Shown one piece after another: positions 46,486 to 57,291 of a stretch of DNA of 64,000 nucleotides. Source of the DNA: an uncultured Chloroflexia bacterium (lineage in GTDB: Bacteria > Chloroflexota > Anaerolineae > CG2-30-64-16); NCBI GenBank assembly GCA_963810095.1, contig CAWEMM010000009.1, positions 416,001 through 480,000 on the forward strand, written 5' to 3'. Under the pieces are notes generated by a model. That model saw nothing but the letters and a program-made list of their open reading frames with translations, ran no database searches and was not told the DNA's origin. Within the stretch, counting starts at the first letter, position 1. Every line of letters begins with the position of its first letter. A program made the translations under genes and the position numbers.

Positions 46486-47373
46486 ATGTCCCTTCGCATG
46501 GAAATCGAGCCTCTCGCCCACCTGGAGCTGGAACTTGGCGAGAGCCCCCGCTGGGATGCGGCGGAGCAAGCCCTCTACTGGCTCGAAATCTGGAACCCTC
46601 CGTCGATCTTCCGCATGGACCTCGCGACACGCGCCATCACGCGCTGGTCACCCGGTGTCCACGTCACCGGCCAGGCACGCCGCGAGGGCGGCGGCTTTGT
46701 CCTCGCATCCCGGACCGGGCTCTACTTCTGGGACGAGCGCACGAACAAGCTCGAGTTCATCAATGACCCGGAGGCCGGCAACGCGCCCGTACGTTTCAAC
46801 GACGGTTCGGCCGACCGCCAGGGGCGCTTCTGGGCGGGCAGCACGTACGCCGACGACCAGTTTCGCCCCGACGGCTCGCTCTACCGGCTGAACCCCGACT
46901 GCGGCGTTACGAGGATGGCGGGGGGCCTTGCGTGCTCGAACGGCCTGGGGTGGAGCCCCGATAACAAGGTGATGTACGTGACCGCCCAGTTTGCGTACGA
47001 GCTGCTGGCCTTCGACTTTGACCCGGCGACCGGCGAACTCGCCAACCGCCGCAGCTTCGCAAAGGTGCCCGAGGCCGACGGTCTTCCCGACGGCCTGACC
47101 GTGGACAGCGAGGGGTGTGTGTGGAGCGCGCAGTGGGGCGGCTGGCGTCTCACGCGCTACGACCCGGACGGCAAGGTCGAACGCGTCGTCAAGCTGCCCG
47201 TGCCCAATCCGACGAGCTGCGTGTTCGGCGGGCCTGACCTCACGGACCTCTACGTCACCTCGGCGTGGCTGATGCTCAGCGAGGCCGAGCGCCAGGCGGC
47301 TCCCGGGTCAGGCGACCTCTTCGTCGTCCACACCGATATCAAGGGCTTGCCCGAGCCGAAGTTCGCCGGGTAA
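46486..47373 (+). CDS. SMP-30/gluconolactonase/LRE family sugar lactonase
   Basis: LGESPRW, RFNDG..GRFW, SNGLGWSPD, PDGLTVDSEG, PTSCVFGG. Confidence 0.93.
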   Translation: MSLRMEIEPLAHLELELGESPRWDAAEQALYWLEIWNPPSIFRMDLATRAITRWSPGVHVTGQARREGGGFVLASRTGLYFWDERTNKLEFINDPEAGNAPVRFNDGSADRQGRFWAGSTYADDQFRPDGSLYRLNPDCGVTRMAGGLACSNGLGWSPDNKVMYVTAQFAYELLAFDFDPATGELANRRSFAKVPEADGLPDGLTVDSEGCVWSAQWGGWRLTRYDPDGKVERVVKLPVPNPTSCVFGGPDLTDLYVTSAWLMLSEAERQAAPGSGDLFVVHTDIKGLPEPKFAG

Positions 47374-47399
47374 AGCCGGGGCCGCACTCCATGAGTTGA

Positions 47400-47451
47400 A
47401 CGAATGACACGAGTTGCGGCAGTGAAAACTCATCCAACTCGTGTCATTCGT
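47400..47451. terminator. 17-bp inverted repeat between convergent genes, overlapping the ABC gene stop codon
   Basis: ACGAATGACACGAGTTG...CAACTCGTGTCATTCGT. Confidence 0.55.
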
Positions 47452-49279
47452 CGCCGTCTGTCGTGGCCGCCACGTACTGCCGCTCGTAAAGCTGCCGGTA
47501 AACCCCGTCGTGGGCCAGCAGTTCCTCGTGCGTCCCCCGCTCCATAATCCGGCCCTCGCTCACCACACAGATGAGGTCGGCCCTTCGAATCGTGCTCAGG
47601 CGGTGCGCAATCACGAGCGCGGTGCGGTTCGACAACAGTCTTTCCAGCGCCTCCTGGATCAGCAGCTCGGTCACCGTATCCACGCTCGAGGTTGCCTCGT
47701 CAAGGATCAGAATGCGGGGGTTCGCGAGCGCCGCCCGCGCGATGCTGATCAGCTGCCGCTCGCCGGCCGACAGGTTGACCCCGCCTTCCCACACTTCGGT
47801 CTGATACCCGGCAGGCAGCCGCATGACGAACGCGTGCGCGTTGGCAAGCCTGGCCGCCTGCTCCACCTCTTCGTCGCTCGCGCCGGGGCGGCTGAAGCGG
47901 ATGTTCTCCGCCACCGTCCCGCCAAACAGGAACGCGTCTTGGGGCGCAAGCCCGAACTGCCCGCGCAGCGATGCCTGGGTCACCGAGCGGACGTCGCGGC
48001 CGTCGATGAGCACCGCGCCTTCGGTCACGTCATAGAACCGGGCGACGAGGTTCGCCAGCGAGGTCTTTCCGGCGCCCGTGGGACCCACCAGCGCGACCGT
48101 CTGGCCGGGCAGGATGTGCAGGTTGACGTCGTGCAGCACGGGCTGGCCCGGCTGGTAGGCAAACGACACGTCGCGGAACTCGATCTCGCCGCGAATCTCC
48201 GGCATGATTGCGCCGTCCCGTGGATCGCGCACGGCCGGTTCACTGTCGAGCAGCTCCAGCACACGTTCGCCGCCGGCCATCGCGGCCTGCATCGTCGTGT
48301 AGAGTTGGCTCAGTTCCTGGATGGGCTGGAAGAAGCGGGTGACATAGGCCAGGAACGCGACGACCACGCCGAGGGTCAGGTCGCCCGCCGCGACGGCCCG
48401 GCCGCCGAACCACAGCACCATCGCCGTCGCCAGCATGCTGATCAACTCGACGGAGGGCAGGAAGATGAACGAGAGGTTCATCGCGCCGATGTTGGCATCA
48501 CGCGAAGCCGCATTCACCTCGTCGAAGCGTTCCTCCGAAGCTGACTCTTGCGCAAACGCCTGGATCACCCGCATGCCCGTGATGTCTTCGGCCAGCCCGC
48601 CGATGACCGCCGCCACTCGCGCCCGGGTCTCGCGGAAGGCCGACTGCGCGCGGCGCGTGAAGAGCCACGTCGCAAGGAGCATCAGGGGCAGCACCGCAAA
48701 GGCCAGCAGCGCGAGCGGCGCGCTCATGCTGAGCATGATGGCCACGATGCCGAGGAGAACCAGCACGTCGCCCACCAGGGTGACCAGGCCCTGGGAGAGC
48801 AGGTCGTTGATCACGCTCACGTCGCTGATGACGCGGGAGATGGTCACCCCGACGATATGGGTGTCATGATAGCCCAGGTGCAGCTCTTGCAGGTGCCGGA
48901 AAAGCTGGTCGCGCATGGTTGCCAGCACGCGCTGCCCCACCCAGCTGAGCTGGTACTGCTGCGCCCAGGTGAAGAAGAACAGCGCAATGAAGGTCAGCAG
49001 CAGGAGTCCGGCAGTACGCAACAGGCCGGCTACGTTTCCACCCGAGATGTCCGTGTCGATCGCCACCTTGATCAGGTAGGGGGCGAGCAGGGATAGGCCG
49101 GACGTAATCAGCGTCACGACGAGCGCGAGCAGTAGCCGCCGCCAGTGCGGCTTGAGGAACGCGAGCAGGCGCAGCAGGACGCGCCGGTCGAAGGGCTTGC
49201 CGCCCGAGTTGCCGCCGAAGTTTTCGAGCGCGCCCGCGGGCCCCATGTTCGAACCGGACGAACCGAAGGACACCGTCAT
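47444..49279 (-). CDS. ABC exporter half (TMD+NBD)
   Basis: GPTGAGKT, LSAGERQ, ILDEATSSVD, IAHRLST. Confidence 0.93.
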   Translation of the reverse strand: MTVSFGSSGSNMGPAGALENFGGNSGGKPFDRRVLLRLLAFLKPHWRRLLLALVVTLITSGLSLLAPYLIKVAIDTDISGGNVAGLLRTAGLLLLTFIALFFFTWAQQYQLSWVGQRVLATMRDQLFRHLQELHLGYHDTHIVGVTISRVISDVSVINDLLSQGLVTLVGDVLVLLGIVAIMLSMSAPLALLAFAVLPLMLLATWLFTRRAQSAFRETRARVAAVIGGLAEDITGMRVIQAFAQESASEERFDEVNAASRDANIGAMNLSFIFLPSVELISMLATAMVLWFGGRAVAAGDLTLGVVVAFLAYVTRFFQPIQELSQLYTTMQAAMAGGERVLELLDSEPAVRDPRDGAIMPEIRGEIEFRDVSFAYQPGQPVLHDVNLHILPGQTVALVGPTGAGKTSLANLVARFYDVTEGAVLIDGRDVRSVTQASLRGQFGLAPQDAFLFGGTVAENIRFSRPGASDEEVEQAARLANAHAFVMRLPAGYQTEVWEGGVNLSAGERQLISIARAALANPRILILDEATSSVDTVTELLIQEALERLLSNRTALVIAHRLSTIRRADLICVVSEGRIMERGTHEELLAHDGVYRQLYERQYVAATTDGDE

Positions 49280-51099
49280 GCCGTTCCCTGCCTGCCCGTT
49301 GAGGGACCTTCGAGGGACGCTGCCGCGTCGGAGCTCTTCTCTGCGACCTGGTGTTGGTACACCTCGGTGTAAAGTCCCGACGTTCGCAGCAATTCCTCGT
49401 GCGTGCCCGACGCAACCACCCGCCCTCGATCGAGCACCAGGATCAAGTCGGCGGTGCGCAAGGTGCTGAGCCGCTGCGCAATCACGAAGGAGGTCCGGGC
49501 CCGGCCCCCGGCTGGTCGCATGAGCCGGCGCAGCGCCTCCTGGATGAGATGTTCGGTCGCAGTGTCCACGCTTGCGGTAGCGTCGTCGAGGATCAGGATG
49601 GCAGGGTCTTTGAGCAAGGCGCGGGCGATGGCAACCCGTTGTTTCTGTCCGCCCGACAACGTCACCCCCCGCTCCCCCACCGGCGTGTCGTATCCTTGCG
49701 GCATCGCCACGATGAACTCGTGCGCTTGCGCGGCCTGCGCCGCTGCGATCACTTCGTCCAGAGCTGCGCCCGGCCGGCCAAAGGCGATGTTCTCGCGGAT
49801 GCTGGCGGCAAACAGCAGCGTCTCCTGGAGCACGATCCCCACCTGGCCGCGCAGCGAGTTAAGCGTGACCTCGCGAATGTCGTACCCGTCGATAGTGATG
49901 CGTCCGTAGGTCGGATCGTAGAAGCGCGGCACCAGGTTAATAATGGTGGATTTTCCCGACCCGGTCGCCCCCAGCAGGGCGATGACTTGCCCGGGCTGTG
50001 CCTCGAAAGAGACATCAGATAGCACTGTGTGTTGGCCGAAATACGCGAATGAGACGTTTTCGAAACGCACACGGCCGGCCACGGGCGGCAGCGGCGCCGC
50101 ACCTGGCTCGTCGTGCACCTCAGACTCGGTATCGAGGATCTCAAAAATGCGCTCGCTGGCCGCGGAGGCGATCGCCAGCGCGGGGATGATGTTGCCGATG
50201 CGCCTTACAGGCTGGATCAATTGAGCCAGGTAGGTGGTGAAGGCAACCAGCTCGCCGATGCTCAACGTTCCCCGGATGGCAAGGACGCCGCCGATCGCGA
50301 TAACGATGGTCGTGCCCAGATTGGCAAGCAGCGCGAGTTGCGGGTCGTTGCGAGACTGCAGCGCGGCTTGCTGTGCCGAGAGCATGAACCAGCGATCGTT
50401 CTCCGCGGCAAAGCGTGCCACCTCCGCATCTTCCTGGCTAAACGCCTTGACGATGCGCGCGCCCCGCAGGTTCTGCTCAAGACGAGTGGTGATCACGGCC
50501 AGTTGGCGCTGGATGCGCAGGCCAAGCGGACGGAGCCGGCGGCCGAACTGGAATGCGTTGAGCGCGAGCAGTGGGACGATGACCATGGTGAGGGACGCAA
50601 GCAGCGGATTCATGATGTAGAGCGCGATCATCGTGGCGATCGCCAGCACGATGCCTTCTGCCAACCGTTGGATGGCCCGGCCGGTCAGGAAGCGGACCCG
50701 CTCGACGTCCTGCACCGCTCGGGAGAGAAGTTGGCCCGTCTCCGCACGATCATGGTAGGAGAACGAGAGGGTTGCGAGCTTGCGGTGGATGTCACGCCGA
50801 AGGTCGTATGCCACGCCCTGCGAGGCCGTCTCCGTGAAGCGGCCCTGCACGTAGCTGAACCCGCCCTTGAGCACGGTCAGGCCGATCAGCCCGAGCACTG
50901 AGCGCGTCAACAGGGCGAGGTTGCCCTTCTCGATGCCCTCGTCGATGATGAAGCGGATAAACTGCGGAATGATCAGCGCCAGGCCCGTCACGGCGAACAT
51001 GCAAACGTAAGCAACAGCCGTGAGACGCGCGTACGGCCGGAGGCGACTGAGTGCGGCCAGCAGCGGCCGGCGCCGGTGATTTGTCCCCATGCCGGGCAT
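49276..51099 (-). CDS. ABC exporter half (TMD+NBD), heterodimer partner
   Basis: GATGSGKS, LSGGQKQR, degenerate ILDDAT and IAQRLS (TM287/TM288-type asymmetry); ATGA overlap. Confidence 0.92.
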   Translation of the reverse strand: MPGMGTNHRRRPLLAALSRLRPYARLTAVAYVCMFAVTGLALIIPQFIRFIIDEGIEKGNLALLTRSVLGLIGLTVLKGGFSYVQGRFTETASQGVAYDLRRDIHRKLATLSFSYHDRAETGQLLSRAVQDVERVRFLTGRAIQRLAEGIVLAIATMIALYIMNPLLASLTMVIVPLLALNAFQFGRRLRPLGLRIQRQLAVITTRLEQNLRGARIVKAFSQEDAEVARFAAENDRWFMLSAQQAALQSRNDPQLALLANLGTTIVIAIGGVLAIRGTLSIGELVAFTTYLAQLIQPVRRIGNIIPALAIASAASERIFEILDTESEVHDEPGAAPLPPVAGRVRFENVSFAYFGQHTVLSDVSFEAQPGQVIALLGATGSGKSTIINLVPRFYDPTYGRITIDGYDIREVTLNSLRGQVGIVLQETLLFAASIRENIAFGRPGAALDEVIAAAQAAQAHEFIVAMPQGYDTPVGERGVTLSGGQKQRVAIARALLKDPAILILDDATASVDTATEHLIQEALRRLMRPAGGRARTSFVIAQRLSTLRTADLILVLDRGRVVASGTHEELLRTSGLYTEVYQHQVAEKSSDAAASLEGPSTGRQGTA

Positions 51100-51220
51100 A
51101 CGGTAACACAGACCCTACCGCGGCACAAGGCCGGGCGCTTGTGTCGAAAACACTTGCCCCGCGTGGCACGCCCAAGCCGGGGCCGGCGCATGGGACTCGC
51201 GCCGCCGCATGCCAACTCCG

Positions 51221-51249
51221 TTGACGCGTCCGCCATCTGGTACTATGAT
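51221..51249 (+). promoter_or_regulatory. Sigma70-type promoter of the CHAT gene
   Basis: TTGACG, 17 bp spacer, TATGAT. Confidence 0.6.
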
Positions 51250-51283
51250 AAGGACGTAAGAATTCTCCCGTTCGGACGGTCCA

Positions 51284-54160
51284 GTGCCAGACTTGATTTC
51301 GGAACTGCTTTCCGCGCCCGACGCCTCGAATCAGCTCGCGATCGTCGACGAATGGCCGCTTGAAGGCCTCGACGAGGCGCAACTCGCGTCCATCAAGGCT
51401 AAGGCCGCCGAGGTCCTACGAGTCGATGTGCACAAGTCACGGGCTCTGGCCGAACTCATGCTCCGAGCCGCAGACCGCACCGGGACGCCTATCCACCGGG
51501 CGCTGGGCCTCATTTCCCTTGCGAACGCCTACTCCCTCGGGGGGCTCGGCCGCGACGCAGAGGCGATTCCGCTCTATGACGAGGCCGCAGCGATCTATCG
51601 CGCCGCCCAACGTCCCGTGGACGAGGCGAACGCTCAAATCGCCAAGATATTGGCTCTGTCCAACCTGGATCGCCACGAAGATGCCTTTGCGGCAGGCCGA
51701 TGGGCGGCCGGAGTTCTTGCGGAGCACGCAGAGTGGCTGCGATTGGGAAAGCTGACCGCCAACCTCGGTAATCTCAACTTTCGCCGGGGGGAGGTGGCCC
51801 AGGCACTCGTCATGTTCGACCGGGCACGCGACACCTTCGCCCGTCTTCCGGATGACCCTGCCGCACGGGCGGCGCTAGGCCGGATGGAGCACAACCGCTC
51901 CGCCGTGCTCCGCGATCTCGGTCGCTTCGATGAGGCGATTGCTACGGCGAAAACGGCCCTTGACATCCTCCATGAGACAGGCCAGATCGCCGAGATCGCG
52001 CGCTGCCAGCTCAATCTCGCTATCACGTATGGCATCCTCGGTCGCTACAACGACGCGCTGACCTTGCTGGCCGAGTCGCGCGGCTTCTTTGCCTCTGACG
52101 GCCGCCAGCGTGACGCGGTCATGGTCGGCATCTACGCCGGCCAGTGCCTTCTCCAGTTGCGGCGCTTTGACGAGGTTCTGGCACTGGCCCGTGAGGCCTC
52201 GGACCTGTTCGGGCGCTGTGGCGAGCAGTTCTACGTCGCGCAGGCCGTGCTGAACGAGGCGACGGCATACGCGGGGTTGGGAGACTACGACAGGGCATTG
52301 GCCGCATTGATCGACGCCCGCGGGCGCTTCGAGGCGGCCGGCAATCAGATGTGGGCTGCCCTCACCGACCTGGGTACGGCGGACGTGCTGCGGCGGCTCG
52401 GCCGGCTCGAGGAGAGCCTGGACTTGGCGCTCCGCTGCTCCGCCTCGTTCTGCAAGGGTGAGCTTCCCGTCGAGCAGGCGCAAGCCGAACTGGTGGCCGC
52501 CCGTGCGGCCCTCGCGCTGGGCCAGGACTCGGCAGCCGAGCGGCTGCTCACCGGCCCCGAGGCACTTGGCCGAAGCGACGATCTTCCGTCGCTGCTGTAC
52601 GCGTGCCACCAGCTTAGGGCTGCGCTCGCCGAACGCCAGGGAGATTTGCAGGCCGCGCTTACGCTTGCCGAGGCGGCGATGAACGAAATCGAGCGGCTGC
52701 GCGGCCAACTGATGATCGAGCACCGGGTCGAGTTTCTGGAGGATAAGGGCGCCGTCTATGAAGACGCAGTCGCCCTGGCGCTCGAGCTCGACCGGCCGCT
52801 GCAAGCGCTGTTCTTCGCAGAACGGGCGCGCTCGCGGGCTCTGATCGAGCTGCTCGACCACCGCCTGCAGATCGGCATCCGGGCGGCGACGCCCGAGGAT
52901 GCTCCCCTCGTAGACGAGCTTCTGTGTCTGCGCAGCGAGCGTGACGCGCTGTATCGCCACTGGATGACGCAAAGCGACGTAACGATGCGCGCCTGGATGT
53001 CGCCCGGGGAGGAGCGGCGGCAGGTCGAATCACAGGTCCTGTCGATCGAACGGCGTACGGGCGAGCTGTGGCGGCAGCTGCTGGTGCGCAATGCGAGCTA
53101 TATCGAGCAGGCAAGCCTATGGCGGTCGGTCGCTCGGCCCACGTCTTTAGGCCTGCCGTCCGGGTCAGTGTTGGTCGAGTACACCGTGGCGCGCGGGCGC
53201 CTACTGGCCTTTGTCGCTTGCGGGCAAGAGGTACGCTGCGTGTCGCTCGCGATGCGGCCTGATGAGGCAGGGGCGCTCCTAAACCTGCTGCAAGTTAATC
53301 TCCGCACGGTAGCGCTCCACGGACGAGGGATGGCGGGGCGCCTGCGTGTGAACGCAGATGGCCTCCTCGCCCGGCTCTACGACGGCCTGATTGCACCCAT
53401 CGCCGCGCTGCCCGACTCCCCGTTGGACACCGCACGACAGTTGCTCATCGTTCCCCATGGCCCTCTTCACTACCTCCCTTTCCACGCCCTGACCGATGGC
53501 AGTCGCTACCTGGCCGAGCGTTGGGAGGTAAGCTATTTACCGAGCGTCGACCTGCTGTCGCGCTTGGCCAAACGAGCTAACCCAACCGGGCACGCGGTCG
53601 CTCTCGGCCTGTCGGGCGGGGGCGGGCTAGCGCACGCGGTCGACGAGGCGCGGCAGGTGGCCGGCCTGCTAAACGGCGCCGCGTTCGTCGAAGAGGCCGC
53701 GATCGTCGAAACGCTGCGCCTGCATGCTGCGCACGCACCCGTGGTGCACCTGGCAACACATGCCGAGTTCCGAGCCGACAACCCGCTTTTCTCGGGGCTC
53801 AAGCTGGCCGATGCGTGGCTGACGACCTTGGATATCTTCGGTCTCGAGCTGGATGCGTCGCTCGTGACCCTGAGCGGCTGCCACACCGGACGGAACGTGG
53901 TGGGCGGGGGCGAAGAGTTGTTGGGCCTGGCGCGCGCCTTCCTGGCTGCAGGCGCGGCCTCGCTCCTGCTTTCACTCTGGGCGGTCGAGGACAGCTCCAC
54001 CGCCCAGTTCATGGTGCACTTCTATTCCGCACTCACCGGGGGCCAGACGAAGGCCGGTGGGCTGAGGCACGCCCAGTGCGCTTTCCTGGCCGACGAGCAG
54101 TTCTGCCACCCGTACTATTGGGCGCCCTTCGCGCTTATGGGCGATACGGGGCGGCTATAA
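51284..54160 (+). CDS. TPR-repeat CHAT-domain (caspase-like) protease
   Basis: Long TPR array; ERARSRAL; IVPHGPLHYLPFHAL; HLATH and LSGCHTG dyad; SLWAVED; HPYYWAPF. Confidence 0.92.
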   Translation: MPDLISELLSAPDASNQLAIVDEWPLEGLDEAQLASIKAKAAEVLRVDVHKSRALAELMLRAADRTGTPIHRALGLISLANAYSLGGLGRDAEAIPLYDEAAAIYRAAQRPVDEANAQIAKILALSNLDRHEDAFAAGRWAAGVLAEHAEWLRLGKLTANLGNLNFRRGEVAQALVMFDRARDTFARLPDDPAARAALGRMEHNRSAVLRDLGRFDEAIATAKTALDILHETGQIAEIARCQLNLAITYGILGRYNDALTLLAESRGFFASDGRQRDAVMVGIYAGQCLLQLRRFDEVLALAREASDLFGRCGEQFYVAQAVLNEATAYAGLGDYDRALAALIDARGRFEAAGNQMWAALTDLGTADVLRRLGRLEESLDLALRCSASFCKGELPVEQAQAELVAARAALALGQDSAAERLLTGPEALGRSDDLPSLLYACHQLRAALAERQGDLQAALTLAEAAMNEIERLRGQLMIEHRVEFLEDKGAVYEDAVALALELDRPLQALFFAERARSRALIELLDHRLQIGIRAATPEDAPLVDELLCLRSERDALYRHWMTQSDVTMRAWMSPGEERRQVESQVLSIERRTGELWRQLLVRNASYIEQASLWRSVARPTSLGLPSGSVLVEYTVARGRLLAFVACGQEVRCVSLAMRPDEAGALLNLLQVNLRTVALHGRGMAGRLRVNADGLLARLYDGLIAPIAALPDSPLDTARQLLIVPHGPLHYLPFHALTDGSRYLAERWEVSYLPSVDLLSRLAKRANPTGHAVALGLSGGGGLAHAVDEARQVAGLLNGAAFVEEAAIVETLRLHAAHAPVVHLATHAEFRADNPLFSGLKLADAWLTTLDIFGLELDASLVTLSGCHTGRNVVGGGEELLGLARAFLAAGAASLLLSLWAVEDSSTAQFMVHFYSALTGGQTKAGGLRHAQCAFLADEQFCHPYYWAPFALMGDTGRL

Positions 54161-54161
54161 A

Positions 54162-54197
54162 GCGGCAGCGCGGGTGCAGATGCACCCGCGCTGCCGC
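54162..54197. terminator. Perfect 17-bp hairpin between convergent genes
   Basis: GCGGCAGCGCGGGTGCA-GA-TGCACCCGCGCTGCCGC. Confidence 0.6.
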
Positions 54198-54239
54198 ATG
54201 TCGACGAGAGCGCGACCGAGCGTCTTGGCCCACTTCGCC

Positions 54240-55497
54240 CTACGGGCGTGAGCTTTCCACGGCTGTCTCGCCAAGCGGAGTCCTTGCCGCCAATCCCGGC
54301 CGCGCAACGAGCGTGCCCACCAGGAACGCGGCGGCCGCGGCAACAAAGAGGACGACGTAGCCCCTTCCACTCCCCAGCCGCGCCCCAACATCGAGCAGCG
54401 GACCCAGCAGGCCCGCCACGGCCGCCGCCGCAAGCGTCGCCAGGTTGGCGAGGCCCTTGAACTTCGTGGATTGGACGGCCGGAATGAGCTCGTTCGCCAG
54501 CGCACTGTTGCTGGCGATGAAAGCACTGCTGCCAAACGCGATGGATAACATGCCGGCCAGAACATAGACCATGCTGCCCCCGAAGACGAGCACAGCCATG
54601 CCAACAGCCGCGGTCAACGCGCCGGCCGCCATGACAAAGCCATGGCCGAACCGTTCCGCCAGGCTCGCAGCGAGGGGGGCAAACAAGGCGGCCACGAGGA
54701 CCAGCCCGCCCAGCAGCAAGCCCGACTGCTCCGCGGCGCTCCATGCGTCGATCCCGAAACGGTCCACGAGGAACAGCAGCAGGTAGCGGCTGATCGCGAA
54801 CACGCCGACCATGAACAACCCGCGAGAGACTACCAGCCACGTAAAGCGGCGGTGGGTCCGGAAGTCAAACCGGTACAGGTCGTCCCAGGTCGGACTCGAG
54901 TGCCGCACGCCGTGTACCTTCGGGCGTTCGCCTAGCAGGAGGACGGTGAGCAGAAACGCCACGGTCAGCACCGCGCCGATCAGCATGAGCCCCGTGCCGA
55001 GGGCTGCTGCGGCCAGCAGGCTCCCCAGGACCAGAAAGCCGAGCGCCGAACCGGCGGCCGACATGCCCTCTTGGGCCAGTTCCGCCCGGCCCGTTTTGTC
55101 GTACGGCAGCAGGTCAGGGATGAACGCGGAGAGCGCGCCCCGCCCGATGCTCGCTGCGACCTGGATCAAAAGGTAGGCGACAAACAGGCCGACGAGGTTT
55201 TGGCCCAAACCCAGAGCGAACAAGCCGGCCAGGACGCCGAGAAGGGCCATGGCAATGGTGCCCGTGCGGCCCCACGTTGCCGCGCAGGCGGTCGCTCCAT
55301 TCGCCCGCCATCGGCTGAATGACTAGGGCAGCCAGCAGGCCGGCGAAGGTGAGCAGACCGAGTGTCGTCGCAGCCGGCCGCACCCCACCCAGGTGCAGCA
55401 GTTCCACTGGTAATACAATGCTGTTCAGACCGTCCATGAGCAATGCCAGGCCCAGCCAGAACACGCTCATGCCAATCAGGAGCTTCGTTCTCTTCAT
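54240..55497 (-). CDS. MFS transporter (+1 frameshift near 55278)
   Basis: QPMAGEWSDRLRG motif A in ORF 55114-55533 joins the multi-TM ORF 54240-55250. Confidence 0.85.
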
Positions 55498-55605
55498 CTT
55501 CACACCGACCCCCCAACCCACACTATGTCTCAATACGCTGCTTCACTTAACGTCGTACCTGGCCCGAAACGTTGCACGCTTTTTGAACGTCGTATGATAA
55601 GGTTG

Positions 55606-55652
55606 GGTTCTCCCGTCCGGGGATCTGCTCCAGATCCCCGGACGGGAGAACC
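55606..55652. repeat. Perfect 22-bp-stem hairpin in the divergent intergenic region
   Basis: GGTTCTCCCGTCCGGGGATCTG-CTC-CAGATCCCCGGACGGGAGAACC. Confidence 0.75.
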
Positions 55653-55678
55653 GGAAGGCAAGAAAAGGGAGGTGACGA

Positions 55679-57291
55679 TTGACCAAAGTGCGCGTGCCGA
55701 TGATGGTCGACGACGCCCGGTTTGCGCCGCTGGGCCGGCCCGAGGCAATCGAAGGCTACGATATCACCGGCGAGACCTGGTTCGCCGACGGTCCCGCGAC
55801 GGACAGGGTCGCAGTCGTGGATCGCGATCTGGCAAAGGGGACGGTTTACCCGCCTGCCCGTTTCGTGCCGCCCCCCAAAGGTCGGGTGCTTGGCCGCTAC
55901 GCGATCCAGGAACCCTACCAGGTAGACTCGCGCACCTTCAACCAGGTCAGCACTTTTGCGACGATCATGAAGACCGTGCGCATGTTTGAGGAAGCGGACG
56001 CGCTTGGGCGGCGGGTCACCTGGGCCTTCGCCCAGCCGCAGCTGACCGTGCTCCCGCGGGCGGATCAAGGCGAGAACGCTTACTATCGCCGCGAACGCGC
56101 CAGCCTCGAGTTCCACTATTTCCGCAGCCGCCATGACCCTTCGCAGACCATCTACACGAGCATGGCCCGCGATATCGTCGCCCATGAAGCGGCCCACGCC
56201 ATTCTCGATGGGATCGCACCCCGGCTATGGGAGGCGGTGACGACCCAATCCCTCGCGCTTCACGAGGCGGTCGCAGATCTGACCGCGCTCTTGGTGTCGA
56301 TTCGCAGCCGCATTCTGCGCAGCGCGGTTTTGCGCCGCACCGGGGGCTCGATCGAACACTCTTCGCACTTCAGCGCGATCGGGGAGGAATTCGGGCTGGC
56401 GCGCGGCTCGGGCGCGCTGCGTGACCTGAAGAACGACCTCACCATGAGCACGGCTCCTAACGATCCTTACCGCCTGAGCCAAGTCCTGACCGGCGCACTC
56501 TACGCTCTCCTTGTCAAGATGCACGCGCAGCGTACTGCGGCGGAAGCGGCCCGCCGGGGCAGTTCGGCGTACTCGGCTTCGGGGTATGGGCTGTGGACGG
56601 CGGCGGAGCACCTGAAGCGGATGACCCTGCGCGCGTTGGACTATCTGCCGCCGGGCGAAGTCTCGTTCGCCGACTACGGCCGCGCGATCCTTGCTGCCGA
56701 CGTGGCCTCCCACCCCGATGACCCCATCGAGCGCAAATGGCTGGCCGACGAGTTGCGTCCGGCGCGAGATTGTGGCGAGCCAGGAAGCGCTCGAACCGGA
56801 CGCCCTCGGTCTGGCTCGGACCATCGCACTGCTGGCCGGCACCTCGCTCAACGAGTTGGTTGCGAGCGATGCCGCGGCCCGCGCGTTCGTGAACAGCCCG
56901 CTCGGTCACGACGTGCTGCGCATACCGGCCGGGGCACAGGTGGTGCTCGAACCGAGGCTTGTGGTTGCCAAGGACTACTACCACCGGTCTCCGGACGGCG
57001 TCGTGTGGGCGGTGACGGTGCGCGAGGGGCTCTTGAAGGTGTGGTGGATGGAGTGGGAAGAAGGGGGCTCGCCGCCCGCGGCCTGTCCGCCACGCCAAAT
57101 CGCGGTCGGGACGACGCTGTCTTGGGACTGGGACTCGGGGCGCGCCGCGGGTACTCCTCACGACCGGCTCGGGCCGCCCGCCGGGCGAGTTCGCCCTTCA
57201 GGGAATGGGGCAGGACCGGGGCCTCGGCTTACGCCAGGCTGAAACGCCGCCGGGAGATCTGCCGGAAGTTCAGCGTGGTGAATGTGGGTAG
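55679..57291 (+). CDS. Gluzincin (M4/M36-like) zinc metalloprotease; frameshift near 56757, probably another near 57140; 3' end uncertain (57242 or 57291)
   Basis: GGAGGTG RBS plus TTG; NAYY; DIVAHEAAHAILDG; LHEAVAD; RALDYLPP. Confidence 0.8.
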
